Source: Octopus vulgaris
Lineage: Eukaryota
Reading direction: 5' to 3'
NCBI GenBank assembly: GCA_951406725.2
Contig: OX597835.1
Location: forward strand, 49,910,001-49,974,000
DNA length: 64,000 bases
Each line of letters begins with the position of its first letter. The stretch's first letter is position 1. A program made the position numbers and the translations under genes. This document shows positions 53,100 to 64,000 of the stretch, in pieces. Below the pieces are notes generated by a model, which was given only the letters and a program-made list of their open reading frames with translations, was not told the DNA's origin and searched no databases.

Positions 53100-53910
53100 T
53101 TTGGCACAAGGCCAGAAATTCTGGGGGAGGGGATAAGTTGATTACATCAACACCAGGGCTCAACTGGTGCCTATTTCATCAATCCCATAAGGATGAAAGG
53201 CAAAGTCGACCTCAGTGGAATTTGAACTCAGAACATGAAGACATGAAATGTTGCCAAGCATTTTGCCCAGTGTCAAGGTTTATATTGATAATAAGTATTA
53301 TTCTTTCTAATTTTAAGAACAAGGTCAGAGACTTTGAGGGGAAGGGGACATTCGGTTACACCAACGCTAGTTCTTGGCTGGTGATTATTTTACTGACCCT
53401 CAAAGGGACAAAAGGCAAAGTTGATCTCAGTGGCATTTGAACACAGAATATAAAGAGACAAAAAAAAAAAAAAGCAGCTAAGCAGTTTGTCTAACTTGCG
53501 AACAACTCTGCCAGCCCTCACCATCTTTTTAAGGGGCAGCAATTTTGTTCAACTGGTACTTATTTTATCAACCCTGAAAGGATGAAAAGCAAAAATCAAC
53601 CTTGGTGAATTTGAACGCAGAATGTAGCGATGGGCAAAATACTACTAAGCATTTCATCCAGCGTGCTAACGATTCTGCTACCTCACTATTATAATCCTTT
53701 CTATACTATAGACACAAGGCCTGAAATTGGGTGGAGGTGGGGGCAGTCGATAGATCAACCCCAGTATGCAACTGGTACTTAACTTATCAACTTCGAAAGG
53801 ATGAAAGGCAAAGTTGAGCTTGGAAGAATTTCAACTCAGAACATAAAGACAGGTGAAATACCACTAAACACTTCACCCAGCGTGCTAACGATTCTGCCAG
53901 CTCACCACCT
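53100..53910 (-). mobile_element. Head-to-tail cluster of about 4 SINE family B copies
   Basis: Repeated SINE B units; similar clusters at 48648-49058 and 59250-59860. Confidence 0.8.
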
Positions 53911-54074
53911 TCTATAACAATAACAATATAGACAACTGCTAAAAAAAGAATAAGGGATCTAATGAGAGTAGTGTACCTTATATACATATGTATGTGTGTG
54001 TATATTTGTATATATATATGTATGTATAAATATGTATCTATACATGTGTGTATATATATATACAAATGTGTGTG

Positions 54075-54315
54075 TCCATGTCCCTGGGGCCTCCAGCCGT
54101 TCACTTTACTGGACAGAATTATGCGTCATTCTCCCACTGGCACCAGCTATCCTGAGGGAAACTTCAGAGGAAACCAGCAACTAGATCACTTGATTGGTCT
54201 TTCGCCCCTTCACCTTGTTCCGACAATCAATTTGCACATCAGAGGCGCTTCGGACTTCCACCAGATTTCCTCTGGCTTCGTGCCAATTGGGTGTAGATCA
54301 CATCTTTCGGGTCCC
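54075..54315 (-). pseudogene. Decayed 28S rRNA fragment
   Basis: Plus strand CACCAGCTATCCTGAGGGAAACTTC..GTCTTTCGCCCCT..CCACCAGATTTCCTCTGGCTTCG..CATCTTTCGGGTCC matches the reverse complement of a conserved LSU core, with many CpG-type substitutions. Confidence 0.9.
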
Positions 54316-55060
54316 TGGCCGCCTGCAACACCTGGGTTGGAGCAGGAATGTGACAACACACAGAAATGTGGACGTGAACATGCGGACCAGACCTGGAGAC
54401 GATGCATCGAGGTTCCACAGCGATGGCGACGTTCTCCAACATCACTGACAACCGTGCTGATGGCAGCCAATTGTTCCACGGGCAGTTATCTGCCGCTTCG
54501 TTGACACTGGATTTCCGGGGTCCCGGCATCGGACACACTTCCCCTCCAATCCCTCATCACAACCCGTTCACATCGTGCTAGTAGGTTCGTGGCATCTGCA
54601 TGTCGCATATAAGTGCCCTGCCACTGCCGGCTCCATAAAAGCGCAGGCACAGCTAACTGATGGAGACAGGTTGATGCACTAATCAACTGCACTAACCCTA
54701 ACCCTCAGCAAGCACAAAGCAGCAAGCCACACGATGGGGCTGCCCGCATACTGCCACGTTGCCACCCTCGCCAGAAGGCAAAACCGCCAGTCAATGATGA
54801 GCATCGGCAATGGCCAAAGCAAGTACCGCCTGACCAGCCCTTGTGCCAGTGGCACATAAAAAGCACCCACTACACTCTTGGAGTGGTTGGCATCAGGAAG
54901 GGCATCCAGCTGTAGAAACTCTGCCAGATCAAATTGGAGCCTGGTGCAGCCTTCTGGCTTGCTAGCCCTCAGTCAAACAGTCCAACCCATGCCAGCATGG
55001 AAAATGGACGTTAAACGACAATGATGATGATATATATGTATGTATATACATATATGTGCA

Positions 55061-55092
<32 letters not shown>

Positions 55093-55095
<3 letters not shown>

Positions 55096-55403
55096 TTATA
55101 TATATAAAACTGAGAATGTGTCTGTCTGTCTGTGTGTTTCCCTAAAACTTGAGAACTACACAACCAATTTCATTCAAATTTTACACATGCCTTACTTAGG
55201 GTCCAGGGAGTGTCATCGGTAAAAATTTTTTTAACTTTTTGCCTAGGGCGAGCCCACAGCAATATCATATCTTCTCCACTACGATTCCCTAAAACTTGAG
55301 AACTACACAACCAATTTCAGAAGAACGAATCTTCTTCCTCGATGCTCCTGGAGGTACAGGAAAAACATTTATTACAAAGCTTCTCCTAGCAGAAGTTAGG
55401 TAG
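55093..55403 (+). mobile_element. Internally deleted Helitron
   Basis: Helitron-like 5' end TCTTTATATATATAAAA; PIF1-type Walker A fragment RIFFLDAPGGTGKTFITKLLLAEVR at about 55325-55400; 33-bp internal duplication. Confidence 0.75.
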
Positions 55404-56819
55404 CATCAGGAGTGGTTGGCGTTAGGAAGGGCATCCAGCTGTAGAAATTTTGCCAGATCAAATTGAGCCTGGTGCAGCCTCTAGCTGTCATTAAACGATG
55501 ATGATTAAGATATATACATGTATATGTGTGCACAAATATATATGTGTGTATATATGTAGACATATACATACATACATGCACAGATGAGAATAAACATCAT
55601 CATTTAACATCTACTTTTCCATGCTTGCATGAGTCAGATGGATTTCATTGAGGTAAATTTCCTACACCCAGATGCCTTACTATTGCTAGCCCTTACCTGT
55701 TCCCAAGCAAAATGATACCGCTCCCACACACACACACCAGTCTGTCAAACAATGAAGAGCCCATACATAGTTACACACTGAACTGGAAACCAACTGAATC
55801 CTCGATGCTTATATGCAACAAATTATATTCAGCAGACGTTGGCACCTTTTTCAGTTCTGCTCTTAAACTTGCTGACATAAATTCAATTTCTCTCGTGTTA
55901 CAATTCTATATTTCTAAGATGAACAATTTATATTTCTGTTGTAGTGAAAAACGGTGCATCCCTTCCCACATGACAAGTGGTATTAGACAGCCTCTAGGCA
56001 GTCAGTTGCTGTAGCAAGTCAGTAGAAGTGGAGTAGTTGTACGAGTTCTCAGCTGGAGTCGGTTACATGAGATTAAGTGACCACCAAGGTGGACGTTTTA
56101 AAGTCATCAGTGATAGCACAACAGACAAGTCAAAGATATTAAGACACGGAATTCTGCCACAACATAACAATGGCAGCAAGAATATTATAGTGCCAACAAT
56201 AACATACAAGTAGACGAGGATCCACATCATAACAATTATGTACCCTCTATAAACCCAAGTCGGACTGGTGACCCCATCTTCAGCGTGACCCCATCTTCAA
56301 TGTTGCTTTCACTATGTTGCAGCTATGTATGCTCCAGTTTTCTTCAGGTGTCTTGCAATTCACCCGAGTGCTTTGGCTGGGATTGAACTCAGAAGCTCTA
56401 AGTGACTGCACTACATTAACCAATAAAGGCAGTGGTGAATGCAGTGCAGTCACCTAAAGGTCCCGAGTTCAATCCCAGGTGAGGCACAAGACACTTGAAG
56501 ACTGGAGCATATAACAGCCACACTGAAGATGAGGAGACCAGTTTGTCCAGAATTCTCTGGTGTTTTTGGTGCCACCAGAAAATATTGCCAATACATTCTG
56601 TAAAGTGGTTGGTATTAGTAGTAGGAAGGGCAGCTTGCCTTAGCAACCAAGCCAAATGGTACAAATAGCAGTCTTTAGCAGCCTCCAATGAAAAACAAAT
56701 GACTCAAACCATAGCAACCTGGCCAACCTATGCTAACATGGAAGTGAGCATTAAATAGTGATGATGATGATGATGATGACTGGTAATGTAGGCATGTAAA
56801 AAAAAAAATACAGACTTAC

Positions 56820-56957
56820 TGTAATTAAAGTAAATGTTCGTTTCAACTGCTCAGTTTTACCCACAAACATGTCAGGCATAACAAAACATAGCAAAGAGAT
56901 CAGTTCTAACAGGTTGTTCTGGAGGGGAGTGCCAGTGAGCAGTAACCTTCTCTCAGC
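56820..56957 (-). CDS. SMARCAD1: SMARCAD1 exon (motif III)
   Basis: [46 protein letters not shown]; AG/GTAAGT. Confidence 0.96.
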
Positions 56958-57849
56958 CTACAATGACAAAAAAAACCCAAAAAAACTATGAACAAAAATG
57001 AAATTTCAAAATGAGAATGAAAAAGTGAAATCAAACAAAACAGGTTTACAGAGATAAACGGTGAAGAGGGAAAAGTTATGAAGTGGAATAAATTATTTTG
57101 ATGTGAGAAGAAGGAATTTAGCTTTTCATGTGGAACCATACGCCAAGCAGAACATTTCCCTCCACTCTGGCAAAGGTTTCATTCTGCTTAAAACACAACA
57201 AAATGTTTTGCAAATATTTACTGTAAACAATATTTTCTAGCATGGCCTGCACCTTGGCGAATTTCCCAGGTGCCAATACTCAGACCTTTTCTAACAGACT
57301 AAAAACTAGAGTGGACAGAGAAACATATTACACCTACCTGTACAACACTGTATCTACAACAAGGTTTGAATCCACAGAGTCAAATTCTATCCTACATCTT
57401 TAAATCAATTAGCTTGAGGTTGTTCTTTTGAGGTTGTTCTTCAAGTAGAATCATGAAAGTGAAAAGTCATGCCAAACTCATTTGCCACAATTGTGTGTTC
57501 CAGACAAAGCTCTCAACAGAAACCCCTCTATTTGGGATATCTGTGTGTAGGTGTGTGTGTATGTATATCTGTGCATACACACACACACACAGACATGGCT
57601 TTCCAGTATGGAGTTTGCTTCCCAATCACATAGTACTGAGTCCAGTCGCACTGTATGACCCCTTGGGCAAGTGTCATAGCCCCAGGTCAACCAAGGCTTC
57701 TCAATAGGGCTCATAGATGGAAATGAAATAATCCAATTCACCCTATCCAAATTTATCAGACAAAGATCATGGAAGATGAAATGCCCAACATTAACTAAGA
57801 GATCATATAAATTGTTCACATTACTAAAACTGATTCTTCACACACAATC

Positions 57850-58410
57850 ATCATCATCATCATCATCATCACCATCGTTTAGCATCCGCTTTCCATGCTG
57901 GCATGGGTTGGACGATGCAACTGGGGTCTGGGAAGCCAGAAGGCTGCACCAGACCCAGTCTGATCTGGCAATGTTTCTACGGCTGGATGCCCTTCCTAAC
58001 GCCAGCCACTCCATGAGTGTAGTGGGTGCTTTTTACGTGCCACCTGCACAGGTGCCAGACAAGTATGGCAAATGGCTACAGTCGGATGGTGCTCTTTACG
58101 TGCCACCTGCACAGGTGCCAGACAAGTATGGCAAACGGCTACAGTCGGATGGTGCTTTTTACGTGCAACCGGCACAGAGGCCAGGCAAGGCTGGCAAACG
58201 GTCACGATCGGATGGTGCTTTTTACGTGCAACCGGCACAGGTGCCAGGCGAGGCTGGCAATGGCAACGATCGGATGGTGCTTTTTACGTGCCACCAGCAC
58301 AGAAGCCAGTCAGGGCGGCGCTGGCAACGGCCACGTTCGGATGGTTCTCTTATGTGCCACCAGCACTGATATCACAGCGACAATTTCCATTGATGTTGAT
58401 CGACTTTGAT
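57850..58410 (-). mobile_element. RTE 3' UTR/tail fragment with about five 63-bp repeats
   Basis: (CAT)n on plus, then the shared tail and tandem GTGCCACC.GCACAGGTGCCAG..GGATGGTGCTTTTTAC units. Confidence 0.85.
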
Positions 58411-58449
58411 TTTTTCGATTTTTTGATTTAATAAATAATATAAACAAAC

Positions 58450-58585
58450 CTGAATTTTCATGAGATTTTGGTACCTAAGAGATGACATATTCTTCAGCAT
58501 ATGCCCTTCGTCAAACACAGCATAATGGAACTGAGTTTTCTTAAAAAGAACTCTATCTTCAAGACAGCCAGTTGCCATATTGTAA
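58450..58585 (-). CDS. SMARCAD1: SMARCAD1 exon (DEGH box)
   Basis: [45 protein letters not shown]; AG/GTTTGT. Confidence 0.96.
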
Positions 58586-60622
58586 CTTTGAAAAGATTAT
58601 GAAACATGAGACATTTTAATAAAAAAAAAAAGACAAGACAGTTAAAATATAAAAAAAAAAAAACTTAAAAGATAAAATCGAAAACTTAAGATATTTCTCA
58701 AATCAGATCTCAACCACATCAGAGAAGAAATGACACCAATATACAACTGGTATTAGTTTTATTGTCACTATCAGGATTTCAACCCAGAACATAAAGGGTC
58801 ATTACTAAAGAGTGCTGAACACTTAGTTTAGCACTGAGTCCAGTGACAGCCGACACACAAGAGTCACTCGTCACCATTGATTGTGTGTCAGTCGTGGTGG
58901 ATGCACTTCCTATCAAACATGATTTTACATTAACGATCAAATAGATGTGTCTGTGGAACATCTAAAGGATTCCCTCTGATCTGTATCAGTGGTTGATACT
59001 TCTAAGTTACCATTTTCCAGACAGGTTCCCTTTCATTTTCAATTATTTTTTTAAGTAAGATTTTCCATGGCTGAGCACACTTCCATTTTACAGCCACCAC
59101 TTTACAACCTCTCCAAAACGGTAAACTGCCACCTAAAAGGTTTTAAGAAAAAAACTAAACACACTACAACTTTAAAATAAGGTCATTCGTAACACAGGAT
59201 CAGGGCAGGCAGGACGATATCAAAAGGGCTAACAGTAATAGTAAGAATCCCTTCTACTCTAGGCACAAGGCCTGAAATTTGTGGGGAGGGGATTAGTCGA
59301 TTACATCAGCTCCAGTATTTAACTGGTACTTAATTTACCAACCATGAAAGGATGAAAGGCAACGCTGACCCCAGGGGAATTTGAACTCTGAACGTAAAGA
59401 CAGATGAAATTCCGCTAAGCATTTCGCCCGGCATTCTAAAACAATGCTACCAAATTTTAGCACAAAGCCAGAAATTTCAGAAGAAGGGACTAGTTGATTA
59501 TATCAACCCCAATGTCCAACTGGTACTTATTTTATCAACCCTGAAAGGATGAAAGGCAAAGTTGACCCCAGGGGAATTTGAACTCAGAACATAAATATGG
59601 ATGAAATGCCACGAAGCAATTTGACCAGTGTGCTAACAGTTCTGCCAGTTCACTGCCTTAAGAATAATCCTTTCTACAAAAGCACAAAACCTGAAATTTT
59701 GGGGGAGGGGATAAGTCAATTATATTGACTTCGGTACTCAACCGGCACTTAATTTACTGACTTTAGAAGGATGCAAGACAAAGTCAACCTCAGTAGAATT
59801 TGAACTCAGAATATAAGGACGGATGAAATGCCGCTAAGCTATTTGCCCAGTGTGCTAACATACGCCGCCGCTGCCGCCGTCATCATCATCATCATCATCC
59901 ATTTTAAATACCCACTTTTCCAAGCTTGAATGGGCTGAACAGAGTTCATTTCCTCTGGTCACATGCCCTTCTTGTTGCCAGCCCTCATTTGTTTCCAAGT
60001 GAAGGTAATATTTCGACAAGGCTGGACATGCTTTGATGGAAAATTGAAGACAAAACACTGCTTGTATGACAGGGATACTCGTTTACAATTATTGCATGAA
60101 GTGAAGACAAAGCAACACAAAAACACACAATCACCATCACACTCCTTTAACATCTGTTTTCCATGTTGGCATGGGTTGGACAGTTTGACCAGGACCAGTA
60201 AGGCCAGGGCCCACACCAGATTCACTTGTTTGTTCTGACATTGTTTCTATGGCTGGATGCTCTTCCTAATGCCAACCACTCCACAGAGTGTATTGGCTGC
60301 TTTTTACATGGCACCAGCACCAGTAACAATTCTACTGTGCCAGAAGGGTTTTCTCAGTATAGCACAGCGCCAGATATCTTGGTCCTTAGTCATCCCCTTC
60401 GTAAGAATCAGTGTCTTGAGATCAACCTTCAATACTTCATCCCAAGTCTTCCTGGGTCTCCCTCTTCCACAAGTTCCATCCACTTTGAATGATCAGCACT
60501 TCTGTATGCAACTATCTACATCCATACAAACACACACACACACACACATATCCTCATCCATAATTCAAACGGATTATTTTTTTTTGTTAGTGGGAAAAGA
60601 AAAAAAGAGTTTGAACACTTAC

Positions 60623-60758
60623 GTAGTGAGAACAACATTGACGTTATGATCGTCATATTTCAGATGATGCCTGGCATTTTGCCTGTCTTCTTGCGAACCA
60701 TAATACATCAAAACATTTATACTAGGGCACCATCGTTGAATTTCATTCATCCAGTTAT
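60623..60758 (-). CDS. SMARCAD1: SMARCAD1 exon
   Basis: (D)NWMNEIQRWCPSINVLMYYGSQEDRQNARHHLKYDDHNVNVVLT(T); AG/GTAAGT. Confidence 0.95.
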
Positions 60759-62216
60759 CTGCAAATGTCATTCAGTGAAATGAACAATTACTCATTTAGA
60801 AATTGAAAGAAAATATTGGTTTCAAATTTTGGCACAAGGCCAGCAATTTCAGGGGAGGGAGTAATTTGAATGTATCGAACCCAGTGCTCAGGTGGTACTA
60901 ATTCTATCGCCCCTGAAAGCTGAAAGACAAAGTTGACTTTGGAGGAATTTGAACTCAGAATGTAAAGACAGACAAAATGCCGCTAAGCATTTTGAATGGC
61001 ATGCTAACGATTCTTCCTTGAGTAGACAGGAGGAAGTTCTACAACTTGGCACCAGAACATTAGTTTCAAAAAATATATAGACATTTAATCCTCATCATTT
61101 ACGATCTGCTTTCCATGCTGGCATGGGTTGAACAGTTTGACTGAAACTGATAAGCTGAAGAATTGCACCAGATTCCAACCTGATTCGGTTTCTGTGGCTG
61201 GATGCCATTCTCAACGCCAATTAAAAAGCAGAGAAAATCATCGTTTACAATCAGCATCACTGGGAAGCAAAATGAAAATACCACTTTGCATGTTTGTCTC
61301 TTTCTGCTGTTCTAAGCGCATCATTCCCATCGAAGACATTTTACCAGAATGCTCCAACCTCAGAACACCAAACCTTTCAGCCAAGAGGACAAACGACTGC
61401 GATGCATGGTGCCTCGCTGCACTCAAGAATCACTGTCTTCCACAGCAGAAGCATTAAGGTTCCAACCTCCTCCTTGTGAAGAGGATTGGCCTACAAGAGT
61501 CCTGTACTGGTACCATATTAAAAGCATCCGTTGGCATTAGGAAGGGCGTCCAGCCATAGAAATCACTGGAACTTCGTGCAGCTCTGGTCAAACCATCCAA
61601 CACATGCCAGCATGGAAAACGGATGTTAAAGGATGATAATGATGAAGAGGAGGGGGAGGATTAAATTAACCTCAGTACTTCACAACTATTTTTTGTTTCA
61701 GTGAGCCTACAACAATGAACAGCTTAGTTAACTTGGGCAAGATTTGAACTCAGAACGTCAAAATGTAAAAGTACATGACCTAAACACCACAAAGCTTTTG
61801 TCCATTGCTTTACTGATTTTGCCAGTTGATCAGGATAAGGAGGGATATGTGAATAGTTGCACTGTGAAGGTGGAACATTCAGCTTTTGTTTGTCCATGCT
61901 TCGGCTCTTGTCCTTTGACATTTTTAACCCCCTACTTACTTTTATGACACAAAATTCCTATTTTAAAGTGATCTAAATTTAACCCCCCCCCCATCAAAAT
62001 TTCAAGTTCGTTTATGTTTGGAACATCAGTTTAATAAAGACAAAGTGATTTTAAAAAATTTTTCATTCTTTTCAAAATTAATTGAAACAAACGGCAGTGT
62101 CTTCTAATTGAAAGTGTGGAGTTGAGTTGACCTGCAGCAGTTTAAAGATCAATAGCAACAACCTCACTTGTCTCAACAGTCTGCAAGGTTCCTAATTTCA
62201 ACCCCTTCCTCAAGAC

Positions 62217-62470
62217 CAGTAGTTCTCAACCATTTTTATCCTAGGGACACCCTCTCATTCCTATTTTACTTGGCTGGACCCCCAGGGCCATTTCATGTTT
62301 AAAAGATCCTATTTTTATTATTAAATATCATGAGTAATTGTAGAAAAAGAAAATGTTAAAAAATATTTTGTGTATCATAGAAGTATAACCAATTTATTGC
62401 AGATAAATTTTAACAATAAAATCTTATTTGGAACACAAAGGGCCATATGGACCCCAGCTGAGAACCCCTG
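62217..62470 (+). mobile_element. hAT (Charlie-like) MITE, 254 bp
   Basis: TIRs CAGTAGTTCTCAAC / GCTGAGAACCCCTG; imperfect 8-bp TSD CTCAAGAC / TTCTAGAC. Confidence 0.8.
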
Positions 62471-62739
62471 TTCTAGACTCAAAAAGCAAAATGTCGGGAA
62501 AGGTTCCTTAATGTAAGGGTAGCAACATATCCAAGACCAGAGTTAGCTTCTCATTCATATGACACCACAGAAGGTGCAAACAAAATATTAAATCTATACT
62601 TTTTATGGTAATGGTCTACAAAACAAGCTTTACCATTAGAAGGCAGTGCCAGCATCATGAGCACAGCCAACGACTGGAGTGAAGAATAGGGTTCCCAAAC
62701 GGGAGAGAAAAACAGAAATACACACAGATATATACTCAC

Positions 62740-62839
62740 CAATAGTGGATGAGGGTACAATGATTACATGAGGTCCTTCTTCACCTTGCTCTAATAAATA
62801 AGCTAGAAATGCTATAGCCTGGACTGTCTTTCCAAGACC
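62740..62839 (-). CDS. SMARCAD1: SMARCAD1 exon (Walker A / motif Ia); gene continues off the right edge
   Basis: [33 protein letters not shown]; AG/GTGAGT. Confidence 0.96.
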
Positions 62840-63059
62840 CTATTAATAGAAACATGAGTGGTGATGGTCATTTCTGTTGATTTTGACATCTATGAGTGTT
62901 TGAAGAAGGAGATTAAAAAAAAAAAGAAAACTTTTGAAAATAAAAGAAGTAAAGAAACTGCAAATATTTGCTATGGATGAGTGAATTGGAGTGGAGGGAT
63001 GGATTTTGGTAAGAAGTCACAATGGGGACACTGAGGATTTTGACTTTGCCTGGAATTGG

Positions 63060-64000
63060 GCAAAGGCTGGCAACGGCCACGATCGGATGGAGCTTTTATA
63101 CGTGCCACCGGCACGGAGGCCAGGCGAGGCTGACAACGGCCACGATCGGATGGTGCGTTTTACGTGCCACCGGCATGGAGGCCAGGCGAGGCTGGCAACA
63201 GTCACAATCGGATGGTGCTTTTATACGTGCCACCGGCACGGAAGCCTGTCGGGGTGGCGCTGGCAACAGCCACGTTCGGATGGTTCTCTTATGTGCCACC
63301 GGCACTGGTATCATAGCTACAATTTCCATTGATGTTGATCGATTTTGATTTTGATTTTCACTTGCCTCTAAAGGTCTTCACAAGTAGAGTTTTGTGTCCC
63401 AAGAAGGAAAGGTATGCATAAGTGGACTGAGGCTATGGGTTATGGTCTCACTTGTCCTGCCGGGTCTTCTCATGCACAGCATACTTCCAAAGGTCTCGGT
63501 CTCTAGTCATTTCCTCGGTGAGACCTAAAGTTCAAAGGTCGTGTTTCACCACCTAATCCCAGGTTTTCCTGGGGCTACCTCTTCCACAGGTCCCCTCAAC
63601 ACCTAGGGTGTGGCACTTTTTCACACAACTATCTTCATCCATTCTTGCCACATGACCATACCAGCGCAAACGTCTCTCTTGCACACCACAACTAATGCTT
63701 CTTAGGTCCAACTTTTCTCTCAAGGTACTTACACTCTGCCGAATATGAACACTGACATTACACATCCATCGGAGCATACTGGCTTCATTTCTTGCGAGCT
63801 TACGCATTTCCTCAGCAGTCACGGCCCATGTTTCACTGCCATGTAGCATGGCTGTTCGTACACATGCATCATAGTCTGCCTTTTACTCTGAGCGAGAGGC
63901 CTTTTGTCCCTAGCAGAGGTAAGAGCTCTCTGAACTTTGCCCAAGCTATTCTTACTCTAGCAGTTACACTTTCAATACACCCGCCCCACTACTGACTTGG
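63060..64000 (-). mobile_element. RTE-clade LINE 3' part, close relative of 36843-38567
   Basis: MLHGSETWAVT..RLRWYGHV..RKTWD plus repeat-bearing 3' UTR. Confidence 0.93.

Noticed and set aside
58037-58365. Regular ~63-bp repeats resembling a CRISPR array (also at 45149 and 63063)
   Set aside because: No unique spacers, no cas genes, eukaryotic context; part of the RTE 3' UTR.

Overview
AT-rich, microsatellite-dense animal genomic DNA. The repeat landscape (two abundant tRNA-headed SINE families, RTE LINEs with (GAT)n tails, CR1-like LINEs, Tc1/mariner, hAT, Helitron and Penelope remnants) suggests an octopus; this is inference. All host genes I can support lie on the minus strand. They are the first two coding exons of an EXD2-like 3'-5' exonuclease (running off the left edge), an intact tRNA-Glu(TTC), and the last 12 coding exons of SMARCAD1 (running off the right edge, all splice phases consistent). 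Between them are two small genes, A (132 aa) and B (156 aa), that I cannot assign to any family. A and B appear to be diverged tandem paralogues: same three-exon plan, signal peptide plus C-terminal hydrophobic anchor with a shared motif, homologous non-coding first exon, and paired CRE-type TGACGT sites at almost the same distance upstream. This pair is the best candidate for an undescribed system. Other observations are two solo-LTR-like insertions nested in older elements, long intronic inverted repeats with Penelope-type hammerhead-like motifs, a decayed 28S rRNA fragment, and a chimeric RTE/CR1 locus with a 50-bp duplication. All calls were made by eye; no database searches were run.
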